NCBI GenBank assembly: GCA_944373135.1
Contig: CALWAM010000001.1
Location: forward strand, 1-42,948
Source of the DNA: an uncultured Bacilli bacterium
GTDB lineage: Bacteria > Bacillota_I > Bacilli_A > RF39 > UBA660
DNA length: 42,948 nucleotides
Direction: 5' to 3'
Below the pieces are notes generated by a model. The model did not search any database, was not told where the DNA came from, and worked only from the letters and a program-made list of their open reading frames with translations. Shown piece after piece: positions 19,373-29,261 of this stretch; positions within the stretch are counted from its first letter, which is position 1; each line of letters opens with the position of its first letter. A program made the translations under genes and the position numbers.

Positions 19373-20669
19373 TTCATTGACTGATAAAATAGAGGAATTT
19401 AAACCTATTAAAGATAACGAAGTTACTATGTATGTGTGTGGACCTACAGTTTATAATTATGTTCATATAGGTAATATGAGACCGGTCATAACTTTTGATA
19501 TGGTTGCTAATTATTTTAAATATTTAGGTTATAAAGTTATTTATGCTAGTAATTTTACTGATATCAATCCTAAAATTATTACAGCAGCTAAAGAATTAGG
19601 AATAACTGAAAGAGAAGTCGCTGATAAATTTATTAAAGCGTATTTAGATGATTTAAAGTCTTATAATTGTAATGAAATAGATTATCGTCCAAAAGTAATT
19701 GATAATTTAGGTAATATTTATAATTTTATTAAGGCATTAATTGATAAAGGTTATGCTTATGTAAATGATGGAGACGTTTATTTTAGAGTTAGTAAAGTAA
19801 AAGATTATGGAATATTAAGTAATCAAGATATCGAAGAATTAGAAAGTGGTGCAAGAGTTGATGTTGATCCTAAAAAAGAGGATCCATTAGATTTTGCTCT
19901 ATGGCGAAAAACTGATGAAGGGGAAAACTTTTTATCACCTTGGGGATATGGAATTCCAGGATGGCATACTGAATGCGTTGTTATGATAAATAGTATATTT
20001 GGAGAAAAGATTGATATTCATGGTGGTGGAATAGATTTAAAATTTCCTCATCATGAAAACGAAATTGCTCAAAGCTTAGCATTACATAATAATACACTTG
20101 CTAATTATTGGATGCATAATGGTCATATAAATATTAATGGAACTAAAATGAGTAAAAGTTTAGGTAATTTTATATTAGCTAGGGACTTTATTAAAGACCA
20201 TGATGCTAATGTCGTTAAAATAGTAATGTTTAAAACTCATTATAGATTGCCATTAAATATAACTGATGAACTATTTAATGAAGCTAAGATTATAAATGAA
20301 AAAGTTTATAATGCTTTAAAACAAGCTAACTTGAGTATTCAATTGAATAATTTGAAAATCGGTAATATATCAGTAGATGATAATATAAATAAAATAATGG
20401 ATGAAGATTTTAATACTCCAAATTTAATTAGTTATATGATGGAATTAGTAAAAGAATTAAATGCTAATTTACGTAGTAAAAAAGATATATGTGATACATA
20501 TGATAAACTTAAATTAGTAGTAAATATTTTAGGTTTAGTGTATAATTTTAGTGTGTTGAGTGAAAGTGACATAGATTTATATAATAAATGGGTATTATTA
20601 AAAAATAATAAGGATTTTGAACATGCTGATATTATTCGCAAAGAATTAGAAAGTAAAGGAATATTATAA
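19359..20669 (+). CDS. cysS: Cysteine--tRNA ligase
   Basis: CGPTVYNYVHIGN, the WHTEC zinc site, and KMSKSLGN. It overlaps the gltX stop by 14 nt. Confidence 0.95.
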   Translation: MRIYNSLTDKIEEFKPIKDNEVTMYVCGPTVYNYVHIGNMRPVITFDMVANYFKYLGYKVIYASNFTDINPKIITAAKELGITEREVADKFIKAYLDDLKSYNCNEIDYRPKVIDNLGNIYNFIKALIDKGYAYVNDGDVYFRVSKVKDYGILSNQDIEELESGARVDVDPKKEDPLDFALWRKTDEGENFLSPWGYGIPGWHTECVVMINSIFGEKIDIHGGGIDLKFPHHENEIAQSLALHNNTLANYWMHNGHININGTKMSKSLGNFILARDFIKDHDANVVKIVMFKTHYRLPLNITDELFNEAKIINEKVYNALKQANLSIQLNNLKIGNISVDDNINKIMDEDFNTPNLISYMMELVKELNANLRSKKDICDTYDKLKLVVNILGLVYNFSVLSESDIDLYNKWVLLKNNKDFEHADIIRKELESKGIL

Positions 20670-21337
20670 TGGACTTATTGTTATTGATTTTGGTATTAGC
20701 AATACCTGCTATAGCGCAAATAGGAATATCAAGAAATTACTCTAAATATGGAAAGATAAAAGCTATAAAAGGATTGACTGGTCAAGAGGTGGCTCGTAAA
20801 GTTTTAGATGCTAATGGCCTAACTGATATTTATGTTGTAGAGACTCCTGGAGAATTAAGTGATCATTATGATCCTCGTCGAAAAGTCGTTAGATTATCAC
20901 CGGATATTTTTCATGGAGATAGTATTGCTTCTGTAAGTGTTGCTGCTCATGAATGTGGTCATGCTATTCAAGATAAGGAAGGCTACATGCCAATGCGAAT
21001 TCGAGCTATGATTTTCCCAATTGTAAATGTAGCAACTTCGGTTTCCTATTTTATTATATTCTTAGGTATTTTAATGCAGTTATTAGATATGATATATTTA
21101 GGAATAGCCTTAACTTCTTTAGGATTATTATTTCAAATTGTTACTTTACCTGTAGAATTTAATGCTAGTACAAGAGCTAAAAATGAGTTAAATAAATTAG
21201 GAATTGTCAATGACAAAGAAATAGCTGGTGTAAATAATATGTTAAAGTCAGCAGCTATGACCTATGTTGCAGGAGTCTTAGCAAGTATATTGCAAATATT
21301 AAGATTATTATTAGTTTTTGGAAATAGAGACGAATAA
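20669..21337 (+). CDS. Membrane zinc metallopeptidase (Zn_peptidase_2 / YpfJ-unrelated neutral zinc metallopeptidase family)
   Basis: HECGHAIQ HExxH motif and flanking TM helices in about 220 aa, typical of this family. Confidence 0.7.
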   Translation: MDLLLLILVLAIPAIAQIGISRNYSKYGKIKAIKGLTGQEVARKVLDANGLTDIYVVETPGELSDHYDPRRKVVRLSPDIFHGDSIASVSVAAHECGHAIQDKEGYMPMRIRAMIFPIVNVATSVSYFIIFLGILMQLLDMIYLGIALTSLGLLFQIVTLPVEFNASTRAKNELNKLGIVNDKEIAGVNNMLKSAAMTYVAGVLASILQILRLLLVFGNRDE

Positions 21338-21377
21338 AACACATATTGTTTGTATTTTAAAATGAACTTTATTTATA

Positions 21378-21409
21378 AAAAGATACTGATAAATGTTATC
21401 AGTATCTTT
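21378..21409. terminator. Bidirectional terminator
   Basis: AAAGATACTGATAA-atg-TTATCAGTATCTTT between convergent genes. Confidence 0.65.
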
Positions 21410-21410
21410 A

Positions 21411-22322
21411 TTATTTTAAAAAGCCGTCAATTATTTTTTGTTCTGCTTCTATTTCTGTTAATCCTAGTGTCATGAGTTTTTCGATTTCATCTTTGGCTAT
21501 TTTTCCAATTGATGCTTCATGAGTTAAATTGGCTTCACTATGATTGGCGTTTACCGCTGGGATTGAGGTTACTTTAGCTTGATCTTTGATTATGGCATCA
21601 CATTCTATGTGAGCAAATGATTTATTATTGCCATTTACATTTGATTTGAATATTTGAGTAGATGTATCGGTGGCACATGCTCGTGATGTTATTTGGCAGG
21701 ATGAATTTTCACCATTTAAATTAACTTCAAATTGAGACTCAGTATAATTATCTTTATTGGTTAATATTTTTTCATTTATGGTTAAAGTTGCGTTTTTTCC
21801 TATTTCAGCCTTAGTAATTCTGATGGAGTTATCAACTCCTTCTATTTGAGTAGTCTTTATTTCCATGCTAGCATTGTTTTTTAAATATACCTCAGTAGTA
21901 GGATTAAATATTTTACTATGATTATGTCCTTCGCCATAGTGATTTTCGATATAAGTTACATTTGCTCCTTCATCAACGAAAAAGCGATGAATGCCATTAT
22001 GGGTAGATTTTTTATTACTGTTAGTTTTTATTGCACAGCCGGCTATGATATATACTTTGGCATTTTTATGAATATAAAAATCATTATAAACAATATCTGT
22101 TAATCCACTTTCTGATAGTATTACTGGTAAATAAATAAATTCTAAAGGTGTATCTTCTTTAATAATAATATCAAGTCCTTTATTTTCGGCTTTAGATATT
22201 ATATTTACATTATCAGTGATTTGTTTCTTTACACTTTTTTTATTTAATCTTATGTTAAAAGCACCAGTCGGTTTTTTATTATCGGTTATTTTTAAAAGTA
22301 TCTTTTCTTCATCATTATTCAT
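21411..22322 (-). CDS. Short SufB/SufD-family Fe-S assembly scaffold protein
   Basis: Beta-helix repeat region and a C-terminal THEASIGKI...LMTLGLTEIEAEQKIIDGF block characteristic of SufB/SufD. Only 303 aa. Confidence 0.8.
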   Translation of the reverse strand: MNNDEEKILLKITDNKKPTGAFNIRLNKKSVKKQITDNVNIISKAENKGLDIIIKEDTPLEFIYLPVILSESGLTDIVYNDFYIHKNAKVYIIAGCAIKTNSNKKSTHNGIHRFFVDEGANVTYIENHYGEGHNHSKIFNPTTEVYLKNNASMEIKTTQIEGVDNSIRITKAEIGKNATLTINEKILTNKDNYTESQFEVNLNGENSSCQITSRACATDTSTQIFKSNVNGNNKSFAHIECDAIIKDQAKVTSIPAVNANHSEANLTHEASIGKIAKDEIEKLMTLGLTEIEAEQKIIDGFLK

Positions 22323-23028
22323 GTTTGCACCTCTTTTGGCAACAATAGTTATGACAATTTAGTAAGTCTTGATAATTACCATTATTGCAGATTTTTTCTA
22401 TTTTCCCATTTTTTAGAAGAATAATTTCATCAGCAATTTTAAATAATTTTTGTTGATGAGATATTATAATTGTTGTTTTATTTTTTTTGAATTTAGGATT
22501 AGAGAACAATTCTACTAAATCATTGAAGCTCCATAAATCTATTCCAGCTTCTGGTTCATCAAGAATAGTAATTTTACTAGGTCGATTGATTATGCCGGCG
22601 ATTTCGATTCTTTTCATTTCGCCACCGGAAAGTTTGTCGTTTAATTCCCGATTAGAATATTCATCGTAATTTAAACCAACTGAGGCTAAGATGGTAGATA
22701 ATTCTTCATTGCTATTTATTTTATTAGTAGATATGTTTATAATGTCAGCAATAGTTAGGCCTTTAAATTTAACTGGGGATTGATAACCATATGAAATTCC
22801 TTTTTGAGCTCTTATGGTTATTGAATTATTGGTTACATCTTCATTATTTAACAATATAGTTCCTGAAGTAGGTTTATTTATCCCCATAATTATTTTGGCT
22901 AGAGTTGATTTTCCGCTACCGTTTGGTCCTGTTATAATATAAGTTTTGTTGTCTTCTAGTGTTAAATTTATATTATTTAAAATAGTTTTATTATCTATTA
23001 TATAAGATATGTTATTTAATTTTAGCAT
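22315..23028 (-). CDS. sufC: SufC-like ABC ATPase with a cysteine-rich C-terminal tail
   Basis: GPNGSGKSTL Walker A, LSGGEMKR signature and ILDEPEAGID Walker B. No TMD. Tail is C-x10-C-x3-CC-x3-C (CNNGNYQDLLNCHNYCCQKRCKHE). 8-nt overlap with the SufB-like gene. Confidence 0.85.
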   Translation of the reverse strand: MLKLNNISYIIDNKTILNNINLTLEDNKTYIITGPNGSGKSTLAKIIMGINKPTSGTILLNNEDVTNNSITIRAQKGISYGYQSPVKFKGLTIADIINISTNKINSNEELSTILASVGLNYDEYSNRELNDKLSGGEMKRIEIAGIINRPSKITILDEPEAGIDLWSFNDLVELFSNPKFKKNKTTIIISHQQKLFKIADEIILLKNGKIEKICNNGNYQDLLNCHNYCCQKRCKHE

Positions 23029-23183
23029 ATTTCCTCCTTTTTAATTCGGCAATATTATTTTAACAATTCAGTATTGTTTTGTAAATATAATTAAATTATA
23101 AACATTTTTACTAGTATTTATTATTTTTGTGATAAGATATATTAAATTAGTTATTTGTTAATAATATTTATGGAGGTTTATTT

Positions 23184-25133
23184 ATGTTTAAGTTAGTATC
23201 AAATTATGAGCCAAGTGGTGATCAACCTAAAGCTATAAAAGAATTAGTAGATGGTATTAATGGTGGTAAAAAAGAGCAAGTATTACTTGGAGCAACCGGA
23301 ACTGGTAAAACTTTTACGATTGCTAATGTTATAGCTAGTGTTAATAAACCTACTTTGATTTTAGCTCATAATAAAACATTAGCTGGGCAATTGTATTCGG
23401 AGTTTAAAGAGTTATTTCCGGAAAATCATGTTGAGTATTTTGTATCATATTATGATTATTATCAACCTGAAGCATATGTTCCTAGTAGTGATACTTATAT
23501 TGAAAAAGATGCATCGATTAATGATGAAATTGATGAATTAAGACATGCAGCTACTTCAGCTTTAATTAATAACCGAGATGTAATAGTTGTAGCTAGTGTA
23601 TCATGTATATATGGTATTGGCGAAAAAGAAGAGTATGAAAAAAAGATGTTAACTCTAACAGTAGGCGATGTTATTAGGAAAAATGATATTATTAACAGAT
23701 TGGTTGATATGACATACGAGAGAAGCGATATTGATTTTCATCGGGGAACATTTAGAGTACGAGGCGATGTAATAGATATTATTCCGGTAAATGAAAAATC
23801 TTCAGGAATTAAAGTTGAGTTATTTGGTAATGAAGTTGATAGAATATCTATGTTTGATCCGGTTACTGGTGTAGTTAGTGAAAATAAAAAAAGTATTACT
23901 TTATTTCCTGCTAGTCACTTTGTAACTAGTGATGAAAAAATGGCTGAAGCAATAAGAAGAATCGAAGAAGAACTGAAAAACAGATTGAAAGAATTACATG
24001 ATAAAAATAAATTAATTGAAGAACAGAGACTAAAAGAACGAACAAATTATGATTTAGAAATGTTAAGAGAAACTGGATTTTGTAATGGAGTTGAAAATTA
24101 TTCGCGACATCTTGCCTTACGCGGGGAAGGAGAAACTCCTTCGACTTTAATTGATTTCTTTCCTAAAGATTTTTTGTTGGTAGTTGATGAATCTCATGTT
24201 ACATTGCCACAAGTACGAGGAATGTATAATGGAGATAGACAAAGGAAACAAACATTGGTAGATTATGGCTTTAGGTTGCCAAGTGCATTAGATAATCGTC
24301 CATTAAAATTTGATGAGTTTAAAAGTAAAATAAATCAAGCAATTTATGTCAGTGCAACACCTGGCGACTATGAACTTGAGCAAACTAATGGGGAGTTTGT
24401 TGAACAAATAATTAGACCAACCGGTCTATTGGATCCAACTATAGAAGTTAGAAAAACAGAAGGGCAGATTGATGATATTTTAGGAGAAATTAATAAAAGG
24501 AAAGAATTAAACGAAAGAGTATTAATTACTACACTGACGATTAAAATGGCTGAAGAATTAACTAATTATTTAAAAGAAATGGGAATTAATGTAGCTTATT
24601 TACATAGTGAAGTTAAGACATTGGAAAGGTTAAAAATAATCAAAGATTTAAGGCTTGGTAAATATGATGTTGTAGTTGGTATTAATTTATTAAGAGAAGG
24701 AATCGATATTCCTGAAGTAAGTTTGATATGTATTTTGGATGCTAATAAGCAAGGATTTTTACGAAGTAGTAGAAGTTTAATTCAAACGATAGGAAGATGT
24801 GCGAGAAATAGTAAAGGTCATGTAATAATGTATGCTGATACTATTAGTGAAGCAATGGATTATGCTATTAAAGAAACAGCAAGAAGAAGAAAGATTCAAG
24901 AAGAATATAATAAAGAACATAATATTGTACCTAAAACTATTATTAAAGAAATTAGAGAAGTTATTTCGAATAAAATAGATGAATCGCCAAAAGAAGAGAA
25001 ATTAAGTAAGAAAGATAAAAATGAATTGGCGATTAAAGTAGAGCAACAAATGAAGGAAGCCGCTAAGAATTTAGATTTCGAAAGAGCAATGGAATTAAGA
25101 GAGATATTATTTGAATTAAAAAGTGGTAAATAA
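23184..25133 (+). CDS. uvrB: Excinuclease ABC subunit B
   Basis: [16 protein letters not shown], a DESH box and a C-terminal UVR motif ([11 protein letters not shown]). Confidence 0.97.
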   Translation: MFKLVSNYEPSGDQPKAIKELVDGINGGKKEQVLLGATGTGKTFTIANVIASVNKPTLILAHNKTLAGQLYSEFKELFPENHVEYFVSYYDYYQPEAYVPSSDTYIEKDASINDEIDELRHAATSALINNRDVIVVASVSCIYGIGEKEEYEKKMLTLTVGDVIRKNDIINRLVDMTYERSDIDFHRGTFRVRGDVIDIIPVNEKSSGIKVELFGNEVDRISMFDPVTGVVSENKKSITLFPASHFVTSDEKMAEAIRRIEEELKNRLKELHDKNKLIEEQRLKERTNYDLEMLRETGFCNGVENYSRHLALRGEGETPSTLIDFFPKDFLLVVDESHVTLPQVRGMYNGDRQRKQTLVDYGFRLPSALDNRPLKFDEFKSKINQAIYVSATPGDYELEQTNGEFVEQIIRPTGLLDPTIEVRKTEGQIDDILGEINKRKELNERVLITTLTIKMAEELTNYLKEMGINVAYLHSEVKTLERLKIIKDLRLGKYDVVVGINLLREGIDIPEVSLICILDANKQGFLRSSRSLIQTIGRCARNSKGHVIMYADTISEAMDYAIKETARRRKIQEEYNKEHNIVPKTIIKEIREVISNKIDESPKEEKLSKKDKNELAIKVEQQMKEAAKNLDFERAMELREILFELKSGK

Positions 25134-25171
25134 TTTTAGATTATGATATTATTTATATTTGAGAGGTGAGT

Positions 25172-26791
25172 ATGATGGAAAAAGTTTATGTTTTTGGGCA
25201 TAAAAAGCCAGATACAGATTCAGTTTGTGCTAGTATTACTTTATCTTATTTAAAAAATAAGTTAGGTTTAAATACTACTCCTAGAGTTTTAGGTAGTATT
25301 AATAATGAAACTAAATTTGTATTAGATTATTTTAAATTTGATGAACCTAAATATTTAAATGATGTAAAGGTTCAAATAAAAGATATGGAATATAATAAAG
25401 AGGCAATGATTAATGAATATTACTCTATTGCTGATACTTTTAATATGATGAATTCATTGAAAGTAACGGGATTACCTATAATCGATAATAATAAATATTT
25501 AGTAGGTTATGTAAATTTAAAAGAAATATCTAAGTATTTATTAGGAGAAAATATTAATGTTTTAAATACTTCTTATGATAATATTGTAAAAGTTTTAGAT
25601 GGTAAAAGTGTTTTAAAATTTGATGATGAAATTAAGGGAACTGTGATAGCATCTGCCTATAAAAGTAGCTCATTTATAAAAGATATTAAATTAGATTCAA
25701 CTAATATACTTTTAGCAGCTGATAGAAATGCAATAGTTGAATATGCTATTGATTCTAAAGTTAAGTTAATAGTAATTATTGGAGATTATGAGCTAGATGA
25801 TGAATTAATTAATAAAGCCAGAAAAAATAAAGTTAATATTATTTATACAAAATATGATACTTTTATGGCGGTTAATAAAATTAAAGTAAGTAATTATGTT
25901 AAAAATATTAATGTTACGAAAACTCCTATTACTTTTAAAGATAACGACTTTAGGGATGACTTTGTTGAAATCGCTAATAAATATGGGCATACAAATTATC
26001 CAGTAGTGGATAAAAATAATAAATGTGTAGGTATGTTAAGATTGGTTGATAGTAATAATTATAAGAAAAAAAGTGTTATATTGGTTGATCATAATCAACT
26101 TATTCAAAGTGTGGAAGGATTAGAACAAGCCGAAATAATTGAAATTGTAGATCATCATAATTTGGGTACCATTGGTACTAATAATCCAATTAACTTTAGA
26201 AGTATGCCAGTAGGATGTACTAATACTTTAATTTACTTATTGTATAAAGAGAGTAATGTGGAAATTCCTAATGATATAGCTGGTTTAATGTTATCGGCAA
26301 TATTATCTGATACTTTATTATTAAAAAGTCCAACAACTACTAAATTAGATATTGAAGTTGCCAATAAATTAGCGGCGATTGCTGGAGTAGATATAACTAG
26401 TTATGGTATTGAAATGATTAAAGCTGGAAGTTCAATAAAAGGCTTGTCATCTGAAGAAGTGGTTTTCCAAGATTTTAAAGAATTTAAATATGAAGATATA
26501 AAAATAGGTATAGGTCAAGTAAATACTTTAGATATTGATGAAATATTAAAGGATAAAAATAGTTATATTAATGTTTTAAATAAAATGGAAGATGATGGTT
26601 ATAAGATTTCTTTACTATTCATAACTGATGTAATTAAAAATGGTAGCTATATTTTGTACAATGGAAATAGTAAAGATATTGTGAGTGCTTGTTATAAAGT
26701 CTCTGATATTGAAGAAGGCAAATATTTAGATGGCGTTGTTTCGCGTAAAAAACAAATGTTACCAATGTTGTTAGAATATTTAGAAAGATAG
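25172..26791 (+). CDS. ppaC: Family II (Mn-dependent) inorganic pyrophosphatase with a CBS/DRTGG insert
   Basis: DHH N-domain (GHKKPDTDS; VDHH), about 250 aa of CBS-type insert, and a DHHA2 C-domain (SAILSDTLLLKSPTTT). Start set at the ATG after GAGAGG. Confidence 0.85.
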   Translation: MMEKVYVFGHKKPDTDSVCASITLSYLKNKLGLNTTPRVLGSINNETKFVLDYFKFDEPKYLNDVKVQIKDMEYNKEAMINEYYSIADTFNMMNSLKVTGLPIIDNNKYLVGYVNLKEISKYLLGENINVLNTSYDNIVKVLDGKSVLKFDDEIKGTVIASAYKSSSFIKDIKLDSTNILLAADRNAIVEYAIDSKVKLIVIIGDYELDDELINKARKNKVNIIYTKYDTFMAVNKIKVSNYVKNINVTKTPITFKDNDFRDDFVEIANKYGHTNYPVVDKNNKCVGMLRLVDSNNYKKKSVILVDHNQLIQSVEGLEQAEIIEIVDHHNLGTIGTNNPINFRSMPVGCTNTLIYLLYKESNVEIPNDIAGLMLSAILSDTLLLKSPTTTKLDIEVANKLAAIAGVDITSYGIEMIKAGSSIKGLSSEEVVFQDFKEFKYEDIKIGIGQVNTLDIDEILKDKNSYINVLNKMEDDGYKISLLFITDVIKNGSYILYNGNSKDIVSACYKVSDIEEGKYLDGVVSRKKQMLPMLLEYLER

Positions 26792-26794
26792 TAA

Positions 26795-27280
26795 ATGATC
26801 GAATTTACGTATTATCCATATGAATATTATGAAGATGAAATATATAATATTATGGTTAAATATATTAGAAAATATTTAAGAGATTATAATGGGAATTTGG
26901 CTAAAAATAAAGTTTTATCGGCATTAAAATTTCTTTTGATTGATACATTAAGATATGGTAATTTATCATCGTACGATATATTATTTGGAGATTTATTGCC
27001 TAGTAAAGATAATGGGGAATATATATTATGTAAACTTTATGAAACATTAATAGGATTATCTTATTTTGGCATTACTAATACGATGATTGCCAATAATTAT
27101 TATGAAGTATATCAAATTAATTTGGATGATGAGGATATTTTAAAATTATATTTAGAATTTATGAATTATATTGCTTTAATTTGTGGTATTAATTTTAAGA
27201 TATCTGATGATGATATAAAAAAAGAAGTAATGATGTTGGAGAGGGTGAAATCTGGTGAAGGCGCTGATTACAGGAGCTAG
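26795..27280 (+). CDS. Hypothetical acidic, tyrosine-rich protein
   Basis: ORF only, with a weak RBS and no recognisable motif. Its 3' end overlaps the SDR gene by 26 nt. Confidence 0.4.
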   Translation: MIEFTYYPYEYYEDEIYNIMVKYIRKYLRDYNGNLAKNKVLSALKFLLIDTLRYGNLSSYDILFGDLLPSKDNGEYILCKLYETLIGLSYFGITNTMIANNYYEVYQINLDDEDILKLYLEFMNYIALICGINFKISDDDIKKEVMMLERVKSGEGADYRS

Positions 27281-28013
27281 TAGTGGAATAGGCAAAGATA
27301 TGGCTTATTATTTAGATAGCTTAGGTTATGATTTAGTATTAGTAGCTAGAAGAGAAAGTTTACTTGAAAATATAAAAAAAGAGTTAAAAAATAATGTCGA
27401 GACAATAGCTTTAGATTTAAGTATTGAAGAAAATGTATATAAATTATATGAAATGACAAAAGATAAAGAAATAGATTTCTTAATTAATAATGCCGGATTT
27501 GGTTTATTTGGCTTGACTATTAATACGGATTTAGATACAGAATTAAAAATGATTAATTTAAATATAAAAGCTTTACATATTCTAACTAAATTATTCTTAA
27601 AGGATTTTTATAAAAAGGATAAGGGCAGAATATTAAATGTTGCTAGTAGTGCCGGGTTTATGGCTGGACCTAAACTTAATACTTATTATGCTACTAAAAA
27701 TTATGTTTTAAAATTTACTTTAGCTATTTATGAGGAATTAAGAAAATTAGGCAGTAATGTTAAAATAAGTGTTTTGTGTCCTGGACCAGTTAATACTGAA
27801 TTTAATAAAGTTGCTAAGGGAAAATTTACAATTAAAGGATTAAGTAGTGAGTATGTTAGTAAATATGCAATTGATAAGAGTTTAAAGAATAAATTAATTA
27901 TTATACCAGGATTTAGTATTAAAATAGGAGTCTTTTTAACGAGATTTATTCCAACTAAATTATTATTAAAATTTGTTTATCGTATTCAAGAAAGAAAAAA
28001 TAAAGAGAAGTGA
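27255..28013 (+). CDS. Short-chain dehydrogenase/reductase (classical SDR)
   Basis: TGASSGIGK cofactor motif, NNAG, and the catalytic S...YxxxK (YYATK). GTG start preceded by GGAGAGGGTGA. Confidence 0.85.
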   Translation: MKALITGASSGIGKDMAYYLDSLGYDLVLVARRESLLENIKKELKNNVETIALDLSIEENVYKLYEMTKDKEIDFLINNAGFGLFGLTINTDLDTELKMINLNIKALHILTKLFLKDFYKKDKGRILNVASSAGFMAGPKLNTYYATKNYVLKFTLAIYEELRKLGSNVKISVLCPGPVNTEFNKVAKGKFTIKGLSSEYVSKYAIDKSLKNKLIIIPGFSIKIGVFLTRFIPTKLLLKFVYRIQERKNKEK

Positions 28014-28018
28014 TCTCT

Positions 28019-28345
28019 TTATTTTTTTCTAATAGCTTCACTATACCATAAAACATCATCTTTTTTTTGTTCGTTTAACATTATAAAATTACTTAGCATA
28101 CGATATGTTTTAGTATCAGTGTTTTTAATAGTGGTATTTTTGATTGGTTCATCATTTTCAATGCGGTCAAGGATAAAATCTGTTGAAGTATTTAAGTAGT
28201 CGGCAATTTTTATTAATGTTTCCACGCTAGGATATGCTTTACCGCTTTCATAAGCACTTATTGTTTCTTGAGTAACACTAGCAATTTCTGCTAATTTAAC
28301 TTGAGTGACTTTTCTCTTTTGTCTAATTTTTTTTAGATTGTTCAT
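28019..28345 (-). CDS. XRE-family HTH transcriptional regulator
   Basis: KVTQVKLAEIASVTQETISAYESGKAYPSVETLIKIADYLNTSTDFIL is a canonical XRE HTH. GGAGG RBS. Confidence 0.75.
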   Translation of the reverse strand: MNNLKKIRQKRKVTQVKLAEIASVTQETISAYESGKAYPSVETLIKIADYLNTSTDFILDRIENDEPIKNTTIKNTDTKTYRMLSNFIMLNEQKKDDVLWYSEAIRKK

Positions 28346-28370
28346 AGAGCCTCCTATATATTACATTTAT

Positions 28371-28399
28371 ATTATAATATTGATTTAAATTATAGTCAA
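28371..28399 (-). promoter_or_regulatory. Near-consensus promoter for the XRE gene
   Basis: On the minus strand: TTGACT, 17 nt, then TATAAT. Confidence 0.55.
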
Positions 28400-28409
28400 T
28401 TATTTTTTA

Positions 28410-28438
28410 TTTACAATTCGAACAAATGTTGGTATAAT
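28410..28438 (+). promoter_or_regulatory. Near-consensus promoter for the radical SAM-uvrA operon
   Basis: TTTACA (28410-28415), 17 nt, then TATAAT (28433-28438). Confidence 0.6.
28419..28432. promoter_or_regulatory. Candidate LexA (Cheo/SOS) box inside the promoter spacer
   Basis: CGAACAAATGTTGG compared with the Bacillota consensus CGAACnnnnGTTCG has one mismatch in the conserved arms. Confidence 0.55.
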
Positions 28439-28453
28439 TTAAAAGTGATTTTT

Positions 28454-29257
28454 ATGAGGTTTAAAAAAGTTTATATCGAAATTACTAATAAATGTAATTT
28501 AAATTGTTCTTTTTGTATCGGTAATGAACGTAAAAAAAAATTTATGACAAGAGATGAATTTCTAATTATCTTAAATAAATTAAAGGGATATACTAAGTAT
28601 TTATATTTTCATCTTATGGGAGAGCCTTTGTTACATCCTGATATAAACGAGTTTATTAATATAGCTAGTGAGGATTATTATATTAATATTACAACAAATG
28701 GGTATTTAATTAAGAGGATTGAAAATAATAAAAATATTAGACAATTAAATATATCTTTACAAGATTTTGATAGTAAAATTAGTAGTTTAGATAATTATAT
28801 GGATAATATATTTAAAAGTGTTAATATTTTAAGAAGTAATGGGGTTATAATTAACTATCGAATTTGGGGAAAGAATGAATTAAAGAATAAAATTAAAGAT
28901 ATTTTAATTAAAGAATATGGAAGTCTTGATAATCATACGTTAAGTAAAAATGTATTTTTTAGTGAAGAAGAAGAATTTATTTGGCCAAGTATGAGTAATT
29001 CTTATTATAATGATATGGGGAGTTGTCAAGGATTAGTCACACATATTGGAATCTTGGTGGATGGTAGTATAGTTCCTTGTTGTTTAGATAGTGCTGGAGT
29101 GATAACTTTAGGAAATATATTTAATGATGAAATTGAACATATTTTAAATAATGATAGAGTAAAAACAATGATAGATGGATTTAAACATAATAAGAAGCGT
29201 GAAAAATTATGCTGTAAATGTAATTTTTATGATAGAATAATCAAAAACGGGAAGTGA
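28454..29257 (+). CDS. Radical SAM protein with a C-terminal SPASM/twitch-like Cys cluster
   Basis: CNLNCSFC (CxxxCxxC) at residues about 14-21. C-terminal cysteines are CQG...PCCLDS...CCKC. Stop lies 4 nt before the uvrA start. The leader is very short and has no SD. Confidence 0.8.
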   Translation: MRFKKVYIEITNKCNLNCSFCIGNERKKKFMTRDEFLIILNKLKGYTKYLYFHLMGEPLLHPDINEFINIASEDYYINITTNGYLIKRIENNKNIRQLNISLQDFDSKISSLDNYMDNIFKSVNILRSNGVIINYRIWGKNELKNKIKDILIKEYGSLDNHTLSKNVFFSEEEEFIWPSMSNSYYNDMGSCQGLVTHIGILVDGSIVPCCLDSAGVITLGNIFNDEIEHILNNDRVKTMIDGFKHNKKREKLCCKCNFYDRIIKNGK

Positions 29258-29261
29258 TAAT

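Noticed and set aside
23029-23183. Search for a LexA/Cheo box upstream of uvrB
   Set aside because: No CGAAC-N4-GTTCG-like sequence is present. The only palindrome there, AACAAT-N5-ATTGTT, has the wrong spacing and arms, so SOS control of uvrB cannot be claimed from this sequence.
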